From: Octopus sinensis
Taxonomy: Eukaryota
DNA: 64,000 bases
Assembly (NCBI RefSeq): GCF_006345805.1
Contig: NC_043017.1
Coordinates: forward strand, 18,538,001 to 18,602,000
Direction: 5' to 3'
In this document: piece after piece, positions 48,550 to 61,418 of the stretch
Layout of the letters: each line of letters begins with the position of its first letter
How positions within the stretch are numbered: the stretch's first letter is position 1
The notes under the pieces: model-generated
What the model saw: the letters and a program-made list of their open reading frames with translations, nothing else
The model's database searches: none
What the model was told of the DNA's origin: nothing
Position numbers and translations under genes: made by a program

Positions 48550-50480
48550 GAATAAAGGATGGGATGTATTCATGCACATAAACCGTTAGTTCGAGTATTG
48601 TCGAGTAAAAAATCCCGATCTATTGCATTTGTAACAGGATGTCGGAAATTGTTACAATATCTGTCACGCTTAATAACTCCGTTAGGAGGTGTTTAATGTC
48701 ATATTTTTTGATTTAATAAGAATTAACCCATTATATTCTCAAACAATCCCCGCAGAAGTATAAAAGTTCTTGATATAAAGAAATTGATTCGATCACCGTT
48801 CGATGATCCGATGTCTTTAACAAAAAAATAACTCCGCTTTCACTTAATCCAGAACCTGTTTTTACCGACGCTATTCTACATGTATGCGTTATGAAACATT
48901 TTGATTCTTTTGGATTTTTTTTTCATTATCTTTTTACTTGTTTTAGTGTGCTTATTATTTTTTTAAAGTCTGATGGTGTCACTCGCCAAACCGCAGAATT
49001 ACGTAAACTAGTCAACTGTTAAGCGGCGGTGGTGCGTCACGCACAGCAGGCTTCCACACAATTTCTATCTGCCAAATTCATTCGCAAGGCCTTGGTCATT
49101 TCAGGGCCATAGTAGAGGACGGTTAGGGTCAAGTTATAAAACATTAACTGAGGACACTTGTCCAAATTGCTATCCACTGGGACTGAACCTGCAATGATGC
49201 CGTTGTAAAGTGAGCTTCTAAGCCACACGGCCATACCCAGAACCTTTTATTTTTACCAACGCTATTCTGCATGTATTCCGGGTGCGCTAAGCGAGTGCAG
49301 CTCACCCATCAAAAAACGGCAGATTCATTTTTACTCTTTTACTTGTTTCAGTCATTTGACTGCGGCCATGCTGGAGCACCGCCTTTAGTCGAGCAAATCG
49401 ACCCCGGGACTTATTCTTTGTAAGCCCAGTACTTATTCTATCGGTCTCTTTTGCCGAACCGCTAAGTGAAGAATTATAAATATTATCCTTATAAATTTTT
49501 ATTCTTTTATTTTTTTCATTAATTTGACTGCGGCCATGCTGGAACATCACCTTTAGTCGAACAAATTGACCCCAGGACTTATTCTTTCTAAGCCTAGTAC
49601 TGCGTTTCTTTTGCCGAACTGCTAAATTACGTGGACGTAAAAACACCAACATCAGTTGTCAAGCGATGGTGGGGGGGGACTAACACATACACACACACAT
49701 ACATTCTGTTTTTGCCAACGTTATTCTCCTTATATACCGAATAAGTCTGTCCATCTATCCATCACCTGGTTTAAACAAAATTAACTTTGAAGGAAATCAA
49801 AGAGGCTAATCAAAACCTTTAAACATTATAGGTAGGCGCAGCCCCGGGAACTTTTTGAAGAGGGGGGGACAAGGTCAGAAGGGCATACAATTCAGAAGGA
49901 AAGGGCATAATAACATTATTTAGTAGGGCACACTTCTTTTCTTAAGGGGAGCATGTACCCCCCCCCCCCGAGTCTGCCCTTGATAGGAGCAAATATTAAA
50001 GATCGATGAATGGTGCTGGAGTGGCTGTTTGGTAAGACGTTTGCTTCCCAATGACATGGTTCCAGGTTCAGTCCCACTGAGTGGCATCTTGGGCAAGTGT
50101 CTTCTACTATAGCCTCAGGCCAACCAATGTCTTGTGAATGAATTTGGTTGACAAAACCTGAAAGGAGCACATTCTGTATATATCTTTGGTACTCTGTTGG
50201 TTATGATGAAGAGGGTTCCAGTTGATCCGATCAATGGAACAGCCTGCTCATGAAATTAACATGCAAGTGGTTGAGTACTCCACAGACAAGCATACCTTTA
50301 ATGTAGTTCTCAGGAAGAATCAGCATGATGGGATAATTCCTTCTACTAAAATTGCTCAAGGTGGTACCTCAGCATGGTCAGTGTATTGACTGAAACAAGT
50401 AACGGATAAAAATCTATAAAAGAAAAAGAAACTATATAAAAGTGGAATATTTCCTTTTCTTCTCTCTCTCACCATCAATG

Positions 50481-50552
<72 letters not shown>

Positions 50553-51015
50553 TCATTCGTTTATTGGCCACAAGGGCTTACAAAAATCAATTAAAACATA
50601 AAGGGACAAAACACAGGACAAAAGTTACAAAGGGTTTTGTCCGTTTGAAAAAGTCCGTGTACAAAAGCAGGATAACAACGAAATGTAAGTAACAATTAAA
50701 ACTCCCAATAGGGGGAGGCGCTTCGAAAGGTTTACTCGTGGGAAAACCCATAAAAGCCACGGGAGCCTGGTCATAATAATTGTCAAAACAAGTGTTAACT
50801 GATGAAGTGGGAAAAGATAGTGGTGGCAGTGTGTGTGTGTGGTAAGGCATTAGTCATCAGAATGTCTGACAAGCATGAAATCTGGAACAGAAAATGTTCT
50901 ACTTTTTGTTTTCCTTTTTCCATCCTCGTGACATTTCTAAGGTTGACATTACAGACATCTTTTTGTAGTGGAATTTTCTCACGATGGAATTTACCTGGAA
51001 CCGTATATATATGTT

Positions 51016-51053
<38 letters not shown>

Positions 51054-51103
51054 AATATAATATAAACAGCAGTTTGCTATTTTTCACCAAATACGAGAAT
51101 TGT

Positions 51104-51320
51104 AATTGTCACTTAAATGTGACTAAGGTGTTAAGAAGCACCTACATTGCTAGAAATAAGAGCTAAACTACTATAATGTTGTAGTTAACACAGATGTATG
51201 AAAACATATACACTGTTAGTGCTTATGTTTTCATTCATGTGCATTAACTACAGCATTATAGCAGTTTAGCTCTTATTTCTAGCAATGTAGGTGTTTCTTT
51301 AGTCACATTTAGTGACAATT
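51104..51320. repeat. About 100-bp-arm inverted repeat with a 15-nt loop, sharing the GCTAGAAATAAGAGCTAAA core with 21227-21376
   Basis: Direct comparison of the arms; one 7-nt bulge and a few mismatches. Confidence 0.85.
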
Positions 51321-51574
51321 TTGTACACACATACACATAAACACACATATATGTGCACACACACACATATATACATATAGATACACACACATACACATAT
51401 AAAATCATTATCTGCATTGTGTATGGCCATGACTTGCATATTTATTCTTAACACATTCCAGCAGATTCAAACAAAAAATATGTAAAGCATTGTTGTGTAT
51501 GTCACAGAACAACTTCTCGTTTTTACGACAATAATCATCATCAATCATCAATAATGTGTTTATAAATATTCTGA

Positions 51575-51936
51575 GCGCCTGGTTTCCCTGGGCATGGATT
51601 CACTGAAGCTCTGGCATCTGGCGACGGACTTGGTAAACACCCACAAAGTTATCAACCACCTCACCAACAACAACACTGAACACCTTTTTGATCTCCATGT
51701 GTCTAACACACGTGGACATGCCTACAAAGTCAGAAAACAACACAGCTCCCATGACTTTCGGAAACATTTTTTCACGCTCAGAGTTGCTGAAGCATGGAAT
51801 AAACTGCCTGCGTCAGTTGTTGACTGCCATGACACTGCATCCTTTAAGGCCCTCATGCTTTCCGAAATCCGCCGAAACTACACCTGATTATATATACACT
51901 TTAGATGAGTTGTAGTGCACCTGAGCACTGTACACA

Positions 51937-51979
<43 letters not shown>

Positions 51980-51990
51980 TATTATTATTA
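51575..51990 (+). mobile_element. Young CR1-type LINE 3' end with (TTA)n tail, near-identical to the 31.5 kb copy
   Basis: Same translated C-terminus and 3' UTR. Confidence 0.85.
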
Positions 51991-53559
51991 TAAATGGATT
52001 ATTATCATGGGCTCTCAGAAATGTTGAGTTAGTGTCCAATGTGCTGGAAGACCACTAGGAATGAGATACCCCTTATCTTTTGTTAAGGCATGTCCCCAGG
52101 AGAAGGTCACTCTGGTATAAAACCAGATGTGCAAGGAGTGGCAATGAACATTTTGGAGATATTTTGCTTGCACTTGAGATCGTTGTGCTCCCACATTCCT
52201 GAGCCTGCAACCCTTGTTGGCACTGGATATCTCACCCAGGCTTGTCTCTAGATTGTGTCAGTAGGATCTGGGAGGTGCTGTGCAAGCCCTATTGGACCTA
52301 AATTTTATGTTTTGCAACTATTCAATGCCTAGTTGTGGAGGAGGACGCCACAGCAAGTACGGAAGCTGCTGACGAGAACCCAGGTGAAGCCAACAATTGT
52401 TGCAACAACTTCATGCATAGGCATTGCTGTCGTTTTGTATGGGCAATGATTAGTGATGGTCTTTTTTGGTCATGAGTGGACAGCCATCATTATCGTCATC
52501 ATCATCATCTTCATTTTAACATCCACTTTCACATGCTTGTAAGGCTCAGACAGAAGATATTGAGAAATATTTTCTATTGCCAGAGAACCTTCCGGTTGCC
52601 AACACTTACCCCTTCCCAATAAAGGTAATATTGTCTGCCTGCCTTGCCTGTCCAGACATGTTTTTTCATGCTTGAATGACTGAAGTTCATTTACAATTTT
52701 TGCATAGAATCAAGTGAAGCGGGGAGAGAGACATACACACATACATACACACACATGCACACACACATGCACATACATAAATGCACACATACATGCTCAT
52801 ACACATGCACATACACACACATATACACTCTCACTCTCACAATGAACTACTTTTAGATTCTGTCTACTTGTTCCAGGCTTATGGTGCCATGCTATGGGAC
52901 GGAACCAGAAATCATGTGGTTGGAAGGCAAACGTCTTTACAACACTGTCATTCATGTGCCTGTGTGTGTGTGTGTGTGTGCGTGTGTAAAGTTTTGTGGT
53001 TTGATATTTGTGTGTGTGATATTTTCTCATGGTGTGTTTGTGTGTCTATATGAAACTCCATTGTGGCTTGTTTGTATTATTGTGTGCGTGTGTGTGTGTG
53101 TGTTGTGTGTGTGTGTGTGCATGAATCCTTGTGGTGGTTTCTTTGTGTAAGCCCACTGACACTTGACTTTTCAAATCCTGCTTAACAACTTGACCTATTC
53201 CCAGTATCAATTACTATGGAGAGAGAGAGAGAGAGAGATAATGAATGTTAGACTTTGTAGTTATGTTTCAGGGGGAGTGGGAAGGAAGGTGTATGTTTGA
53301 GTGAAAACAGCTAAGGAGACTTAGATAAGGGCCTAGTGTTCCTTCTGTTATCTTTTATTTGTTTCAGTCATTAGACTGTGGCCATGCTGGAGCACCACCT
53401 TGAAGGGTTTGACCCCAATATGTATCTTTTTTTTCAAACCTGGTATTTACCCTGTTCTTATGTTTTGCTGAACTTCTATGTTATGGGGACACATACAAGC
53501 CTTCAACAATTGTCAGGCTGTTGAGGATGCAAACACAGATACAAAGACACACACACATA

Positions 53560-53770
53560 CAGTAATCCCTCAACTATCCCAGGTTACATTCCAAAACCCT
53601 CCACAATAGATGAAAATCCACGAAGTTGAAACAATACTGTATATTTTTTTTTTTTTATAATTTGCATATATTTATCTTATTATAAATGCAAAACAACACC
53701 ATAGAGGAATTGATGTAAGCTTAAATAATAAACTGCAATAGGTGAACTGCGATATGGCGAGGAATTGCTG
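53560..53770. mobile_element. Tc1/pogo (Tigger-like) MITE nested in a family A SINE
   Basis: TA-flanked TIRs CAGTAATCCCTC/GAGGAATTGCTG; SINE sequence continues on both sides (53360-53935). Confidence 0.7.
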
Positions 53771-54227
53771 TATATATGATGGGCTTCTTTCAGTTTTCGT
53801 GTACTAAATCTGCTCACAAAGCTTTGGCCTGCCCAATACTATAGTAGAAGACACTTGCCTAAGATTCCATGCAGAGAGACTAAACCCAGAACCATGTGGT
53901 TGGGAAGTGAACTTCTTACCACACACCCACACCTGCACCTCTATCAGATATATGTTTGTATATATCAGGGAAAAAAAAAAAAAAGCTGACAGATTCTGAG
54001 TTCAATTGCTATCACTGACACAAAGTTCAAAGGTCGTCAATGATTGCCAACTTTTAACCCTTACATTACCATATGTTTGTTGAAATACATTATCTTTGCT
54101 TCAGTTAATTTTGAAAATAATGTATTTGTCAAATTTTTGGTGGGTGAAAAATAAAAGGGATCCCTTGTTTGATGTATCCCTAGAAGTCTATGACAGGGCT
54201 GAGGTCAGTGACCATGTGAGACTATCT

Positions 54228-54873
54228 GGCACTGTCATGCTATTAGCTGTCAGAAGTGAAAGTAGAAAAATCTGACGCCGTTTATTTACATACCACCACG
54301 CTGTTAGGTTTATAAGTCAATTGAAGTTCAATTTAAAGTTTATAAATAAATACATTTCATTCCATGTTCTGTTTAAACTTTATAAATGAATATATTCTTG
54401 CATTATTCATTATTGTTTTTAAAAAAGAAATCACACCAAATCTGCACAAATGACCCACCACCACCGCGATCACATACACCAATCATACACATGTGTGTGT
54501 GTATGTATATGTGGCTATATGTCTGACTAATGTGTGTGTGTCTGTATATATTGTATGTGTGTATAAGTAGTTATATGCTTATATTATCCATTATAGTAAT
54601 ATTTGTCTATTGAAATCCATTTTAAGGCGGTCAATAGTTTAATTAAAGATGTGTCTATACATGTATATATATATATACATGTGTATACATATATATATAT
54701 ACATGTGTATATATACATGTGTATACATGTATATATACATGTGTATACATTACACATGTATATATATATATATGTATACACATGTATATATATATATATA
54801 TATGTATACACATGTATATATACACATGTGTATATATATATATATATATATGTATACACATGTATATATACAC

Positions 54874-54905
<32 letters not shown>

Positions 54906-55154
54906 CCAAAGGAAATATGGTGTTTTTTAAAAACAATAATGAATAATGCAAGAATATATTTATTTATAAAGTTTAAACAGAACATTGAATGAAATGTATT
55001 TATTTATAAACTTTAAACTGAACTTCAATTGTGTTATAAACCTAACAGTGTGGTGGTGCGTAAATTAACGAAGGTATAAACCTGACGTAAATACACGAAG
55101 TTGGCGTCAGATTTTTCTACTTTCACTTCTGACAGCTAATAGCATGACAGTGCC
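54228..55154. mobile_element. Fold-back (long-TIR) non-autonomous DNA transposon, Merlin-like ends
   Basis: Inverted arms 54228-54426 and about 54924-55154 starting GGCACTGTCATGC; flanking 8-mers gactatct/gattatct (7/8 TSD); GGNRM termini with an 8-9 bp TSD are the Merlin signature. Confidence 0.7.
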
Positions 55155-55246
55155 GATTATCTTATTAGTCCCTACCCTGACCCCCATCCCTTACATCTCG
55201 TGTAATCATGGAACTATATGGAACTTTTTTTCTTTTACTCTTCCAG

Positions 55247-55349
55247 GAATGGTTAAATAAACATGAAAGAAAATTTGGACATTTCATTGACGGAAAGTGG
55301 GATAAACCAGAAGGACGAGAGACCGTTAACAGCACAAACCCTTCAACAG
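55247..55349 (+). CDS. ALDH16A1: ALDH16A1 exon 2 (EWLNKHERKFGHFIDGKWDKPEGRETVNSTNPST-G)
   Basis: 103 nt, ttccag/GTTTAT, phase 0/1. Confidence 0.92.
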
Positions 55350-56537
55350 GTTTATGAACAAGTTTTATTTGAACCCTTTTGATACCATCCTGCTTGAGAC
55401 TGCCCCCCCACCTCCTGTTGTAACTTCCAGCTTAAAGTGATTTATATTAAAAAACCTTCTTTCAAAACTGTTAATGTATGTTCCAAATCCAAGATTAATG
55501 ATGGCATTATTATCTTAATTCAATTTTTTCAAAATTAAATGAAACTAACCCTTTAATGTTTAAACCGGCTGTATCCGGCCCAAATATTCTACACATTTTA
55601 TGCTCAAACTGGCCAGAGCCAGCATCTCACACCTACCCTGCAATGTCATTCTAAAAATAAGCAATTACATCTTTCCTGTCTTGAAGCTACAAAATAATAT
55701 CAGATAAAATTTTTTAAATGTAAATAAATAAGGATTATTTTTGCCAAATTAATATGAATGCTAAAGGGCTAAAGCAGTGTATTTCAAACAAAAAGATGCT
55801 AACAAAAGTGTTGAGCACAAGTTGTTAAGTTGATCTCTGTCTTTTATAGAATGGCGAACATTTGAACCGGACTTCTGGTTCCTTCCCTGCCAACTTACAA
55901 GCTTCTTAACTCTTTTAAGTACCATTCCTGCCCCTGATTCTATGATAGAAACTTCCTATTTTAAAATGATCTAAATTTGATTTCCATCAAAATTTCATGT
56001 TAATTTATGTTCTAAACACTAACTTAATAATAGCCATTATTTTACTAAATTCTTTATCATTTTCAAAATTAATTGAAGGAAAGGCAGTGCATGCTGATAG
56101 AAATAAAGTAACAAAAGGGTTAATATATCTGAAAGCGACAATTGGGGCTATTGTCTGTAAAACATATGGTTTCTTGGTCTTTGAAGATCTTCTGGCCATT
56201 TGCAAGAACTGGCTTTCCAGTCTTGTGGTTCACAAACAGACTTGAACCATGGTGTGTAAATCAATATCCCATGGCTTTGTGCCACACTATTTGAATAGAT
56301 TAAGGCCATATTCAGTAAAAGTTCTGGTGCCATGATCTTTCAAAGTTCAAGGACCATGGATTGAATTGACTGGTGTCATTAACCATGATCAGTGAAAGCT
56401 TTGCTTCAATGTGTAATAGAAGATACAGCACCAAGAACTTTGAGAGGACTAGTGCCAAAGTCTGTAGGAGATTTGGGACCAAGATCTGAGAAAGTTCTGC
56501 TGCCAAGCTCTCTCTCTCTCTCCCCCCCTCTCTCTCT

Positions 56538-56581
<44 letters not shown>

Positions 56582-56813
56582 TAATTAATTTCACCCTTCA
56601 TTATTACGGATAACCATATTTTATCTCAGTAGATGACCACAGCATCTTGTTTTGGCTACACGCGGGTGGGAAGGGGCTGGTGACACAATCTTTTCATTCA
56701 CACTTTGAGTTTGGTGATACTAGTTGCGGATTCTAGCTCGCTCTGATACTGAGTTGAGTTGGTGCCTTCTAGTATCTCAAAATTCAATATATAATCATTT
56801 ATGATTATAGTAT

Positions 56814-56913
56814 TCTACGCTGAAGAGAAAAGAAGTTTTGGTAAGGTAGAATTATTTAATATTTAATTCTTATGCTTTCCTAAAAACTTGATTTCGAAAC
56901 GTGCGTCCGTAGA
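56814..56913 (+). ncRNA. Type I hammerhead ribozyme motif in ALDH16A1 intron 2 (sense)
   Basis: Stem I TCTACG (56814-19)/CGTAGA (56908-13); core CTGAAGA (56820-26); long stem II closed by G56827-C56895; GAAA (56896-99); stem III AC-gtgc-GT; GUC cleavage triplet (cut after 56907). Confidence 0.8.
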
Positions 56914-57252
56914 TAACTTAAAATTGTATGATAGATTGCCGTCAATTCATTCTCTCTTACCTGTTTGTGTCTGCCTTCCAATTGCTGTTTTTACTGAGAT
57001 CTCCCTTTTTAGTAGAAGAAATAGCTATAACTCTTTGACTGCTATTTCTAAATTCGGTATGTGGTAAGGCAATTCGTTGCTAAACCCTTTATTGCTTAGT
57101 ATATATATATATATATATATATAAATATATATATATCCCTCTCTCTCTTTATTTCTCTCTCTCCCCCTCTCTTTATTTCTCTCTCATATGCACAAAAAAA
57201 AGGTTTCTGATTAAAACTCTTCTCCTTGCTCTTTTCCACTTTCTATCTCTAG

Positions 57253-57379
57253 ATGAAATTCTAGCCACAACCATCCAGGGTGTACAAGATGATGTTGAAG
57301 CTGTTGTTAAGGCTGCAAAGAAAGCCTTTACTTCATGGAGTACCCTGTCACCCCACACAAGGGCTCGTTATCTCTACAG
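57253..57379 (+). CDS. ALDH16A1: ALDH16A1 exon 3 (EILATTIQGVQDDVEAVVKAAKKAFTSWSTLSPHTRARYLY)
   Basis: 127 nt, ctctag/GTAAGA, phase 1/2. Confidence 0.93.
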
Positions 57380-58266
57380 GTAAGACAAAGCCCAACTCTA
57401 TCTACCCAGGACTACTGTTGTTATTGTTGCTATTTAATCCAAGAATTGATCATAAATCTGATTTAACTGATCTGTGATGAGACAGTCCAGTCATGACTAT
57501 CCAATCTTGTATTTTTCTTTGAAGATTGTATGGTGTTATTTAATGGGTAGGGATGTATGGCTGCTATTTCTAGCATGTTGTAAGGGTATGATTCTGTGTG
57601 TTTTTATGCATATCATGCAGTGTCTGAGAGCACTTTTGTGGGTGCCCTATTGTGTAAATGTGGTCTTCTGTATGGTTGTAGTTTAACCCTTTCGTTACCA
57701 ACTTGGCTGAAACTGGCTCTGAGTACATATGTCTTGTTTGCATAAGTTCTGAATTAAAACCTTCCACCAAACCTTAGTTTATGTTCCTAATGATAACTAA
57801 GTTATTTTACTAAATTTTTTGTTATATTTAAAATTAATTGAAAGAAACACAGAGCATCTCAACAGAAATATGGTAACAAAAGGGTTAAAAAAAAATGATT
57901 AATTTAACCTTTTCAGTACCAACCCAACTGAAACTGCCTCTGGCACTGTAGTGCAAATGTCTTGTTTTCGAAGGTTCTGAATTAAAATCTTCCGCCAAAC
58001 CTGAGTCACAATTTATGTCCCTAACACAAGCTGAATGATAACTAATTGAAAGAAACACAGAGTATCGCAACAGAAATATGGTAACGAAAGAGTTAATGGG
58101 GGTGATTATAGTGTGGGTGTGCTTTTGAGGTTGGCATTCTGTGCCTCTGTCCTTCTCAGTGTAGTTATGTGAATGTTGTTTTACAAATGTGAAACCATCC
58201 AAGTTTTATGCATTTTCATGGTTGCAATTGTTTGTTCTGATTAAACTTTATTTATTTTCGTTTCAG

Positions 58267-58445
58267 TATTGCAAGAAACATTCAGAAGCACCAGAAGTTG
58301 TTGGCGGTGCTGGAGAGCATGGATAATGGTAAACCAATCCGAGAGACTCGTGACTATGATATTCCAACAGTTATAAACCACGTCTACTATCATGCTGGAT
58401 GGGCTCAGCTGATGGACACCGAAATGAGGGGCTGGAAACCACTTG
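58267..58445 (+). CDS. ALDH16A1: ALDH16A1 exon 4 (IARNIQKHQKLLAVLESMDNGKPIRETRDYD...GWKPL)
   Basis: 179 nt, tttcag/GTAAGG, phase 2/1. Confidence 0.95.
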
Positions 58446-59538
58446 GTAAGGAACAGTACAAAAGTCCTTCTCTTTCAGCTTTTGTAAATTCATTATTCAG
58501 GGCCAACTGTGCACATTATTTTGTGTCGTTCTAAATCTTAGAGGGTTCACTTGTAAAAAGTATTGGTTAGAGGAAAATATGGAATGTAAACATACATACA
58601 TACACATACGTACATACATATCCACATATATACACATACATACATAGCTTGATTACCAACCACATGGTTCCAGGTTCAGTCCCACCACATGGCATCTTGG
58701 CACGGGTCTTCTGCTATAACCTTGGGCCAACCAAAACCTTGTGAGTGGATTTGTTAGACGGAAACTGAAATAAGCGCATTATATATATATATATATATAT
58801 GTTTGTGTGTCTGTGTTTGTCCCCTCATCATTGCTTGACAACCAATGTTAGTGTATTTACATCTCTGTAACCTAGCGGTACGGCAAAAGAGACTGATAGA
58901 ATAAGTACTAGGCTTACAAAGAATTAGTCCTGGGGTCGATTTGTTCAACTAAAGGCAGTGCTCCAGTATGGCTGCAGTCAAATGACTGAAACAAAGAAAA
59001 ATGAAATACATACATCCATACATATCTATACACAAACACTAGGTGCAGATGTGTCTGTATGATTAAGAACCTTGTTACCCCAGCATGTGCATTTGGGTTC
59101 ACTCCCTGGGCAAGTACTTTTTACTCTGTCCCTAAGCTGTAAGTGGATTTGGTTGACAGAAACCGAGAGAAGCTTGTCGTGTGTGTGTGTGTGGATAAAT
59201 GTATCCCTTTGAGCTATGGACAGTGATGTTGATTCTCTTGGTCAGCAAAGCAACTACTAACTCAGTGCATTCAAAGATGAGGGAATGAAAACTCCCTTTC
59301 TTGTGTATTTGTGTGTCTATTTGCATACATGTGTGTGTATATTTGTATGTGCATGTTTATGAGTATTTGTGTGTGTGTGTGAATGCATGTGTTTGTGTGT
59401 TTTTCTGTGTGTAGTTCAATTGCTATCACTGAGACTGAGTTCAAAGGTCATCAAATACACAGCAGGCTTTTAACCCTTACATTGCCTTATCTCTGAATTT
59501 TTTTCAATTAATTTCAATACAAATACCTTTTCCTGCAG

Positions 59539-59801
59539 GTGTTGTCGTGGGCATCGTTCCATGGAATTTTCCACTGATGATCCTCATGTGGAAAGTATGT
59601 CCTGCCTTGGCAATGGGTAACACAGTCATCTTAAAACCAGCATCTTATACCCGGCTCAGCTGCCTGCTACTGGCTGAGATCTTTGCCCAGGCTGGGTTGC
59701 CTGCAGGGGTATTTAATGTTGTCACTGGCAATGGAGCATTTGGCAGCAGTTTAGCGGACCATATTGATGTTAACAAAGTAGCTTTCACTGGATCCACTGG
59801 C
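59539..59801 (+). CDS. ALDH16A1: ALDH16A1 exon 5 (NAD-binding; IVPWNFP...KPAS...AFTGSTG)
   Basis: 263 nt, ctgcag/GTAAGT, phase 1/0; canonical ALDH motifs. Confidence 0.95.
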
Positions 59802-60428
59802 GTAAGTAATCAACCTTTTTGTTTTGTTTGCTCTAAGTGCTCCAGCAGGGGTTTTGCCTCTAGCTAACACAAACTAATCAATTTTAATGACTACAAATAA
59901 GTAAATTATAAACTATTATTGTTGTTGTTGTTAAGGTGGTGAGCTGCCTTTTACAGAATGACAAACATTTGAACCCCAGACCTTCTGCTTCCCTTTCTAC
60001 CAGCTTATAAGTTTCTTAACCCTTTAGCATTTAAACCCTCCACATCTGACCCAAATATTCTACCTTTTTTATGTTCAGACCAGCCATATACAACCTCTCC
60101 CACCTACCCTACACTGTTATTCTAAAAATAAACAATCACATTATCAAAATAGCTACAAGAAAATGCAGAATTAATTCAAAACAATATAAATAAAGAAGCA
60201 TTATGTTTGACAGAGTAATTTGGAAGTTAGTTAGTTAGTTAGTTAATTAAAGGGTTGAAGTAATCGAATTAAAACTCTCTATCAAAATTTTATCTTAATT
60301 AATGTTTCAAACATCAGCTTCATAATGAGTGATTTTAGTCAATTTTTCATCATTTTCAAAATTAATTGAAACGAAGGCAGCAAAGGTGTTAAATTTATTA
60401 ATTGGTTTCTTTCTTACTTCCTTTCTAG

Positions 60429-60581
60429 GTTGGTCGGAAACTGCGTCAATTGACCGCTGGAAGTGGCAAAAAGTTGTCACTGGAATTGGGAGGAAAATCT
60501 CCAGTGATAGTCTTTGAAAATGCTGACCTTGATAGTGCTGTGGAGGGTGTAGTTGATGCCATCTGGTTTAATCAAGGACAG
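60429..60581 (+). CDS. ALDH16A1: ALDH16A1 exon 6 ([10 protein letters not shown]...DAIWFNQGQ)
   Basis: 153 nt, ttctag/GTAAGT; contains the general-base Glu in ELGGKSP. Confidence 0.95.
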
Positions 60582-60879
60582 GTAAGTGTCAATCTTTCTG
60601 TCTGTGCTCTTTATTTCGAGGCTAGGTGTATGCATTTTATAAATTCACTTTAAAGCTCCTTTCTAGATGTAAAAATATTGTAAAATACACTCTGAAGATG
60701 AGGTATTTGCATACATTTAAAAAAATATCCTCTCTACACATGTGTCTACTTTTCCATGTTTGCATGGGTCACACACAATTTGTTGAAGCAGATTTTCTAT
60801 GACTGGATGCTCTTCCTGTCACTAAATCTCACCTATTTTTAAGTAACATGGTATTTCCCCATAGTCAGACGTGTTGTTC

Positions 60880-61418
60880 ATGCCTGATTTTAAGTGTTGA
60901 TTCCTTTCTTGGTAAATTGTTCAATCACTCTGTTGACAAAAGAAACAGGCTTGGAAGGACTGGAAGAACGGTGGTAGCAAAGAAGTGTATCAGACTGCCA
61001 GAAGGGAAGCTAGGAGGTAGGTTTATTTAGCCAGAGGGGAAGCAGATAAGAAAAAATTTGCCAATGTTCTGTGCCGTGAGGACCAAAGACTTGAGGTATT
61101 TCTTGTTGCAAGACAGTGTGTGAGAGAGAATCATGATGTGGTAAGAGAGAAATGTGTTCGCATGGATGATGGTTTACTTGCACTAAATGAGGATGCAAAG
61201 AGAGAGGTTTGGAGACGCCATTATGAAAGGTTGCTGAAATAAAGAAAATGAATTAGAGAAAGAGAGTCTGCCGAATGTCAACCCAACAGAGGGACCAGCT
61301 ATCCAAGTTGATAGTACCTTGATTGGTGCAGCCATCTGATTTGCCAGCCCTCAGTCAAAATCGTCCAACCCATGCTAGCATGGAAAGCGGACGTTAAACG
61401 ATGATGATGATGATGATG
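60880..61418 (+). mobile_element. RTE-type LINE internal remnant joined to the (GAT)n-tailed 3' end
   Basis: Degenerate coding-like stretch followed by tccaacccatgctagcatggaaagcggacgttaaacgatgatgat. Confidence 0.55.
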
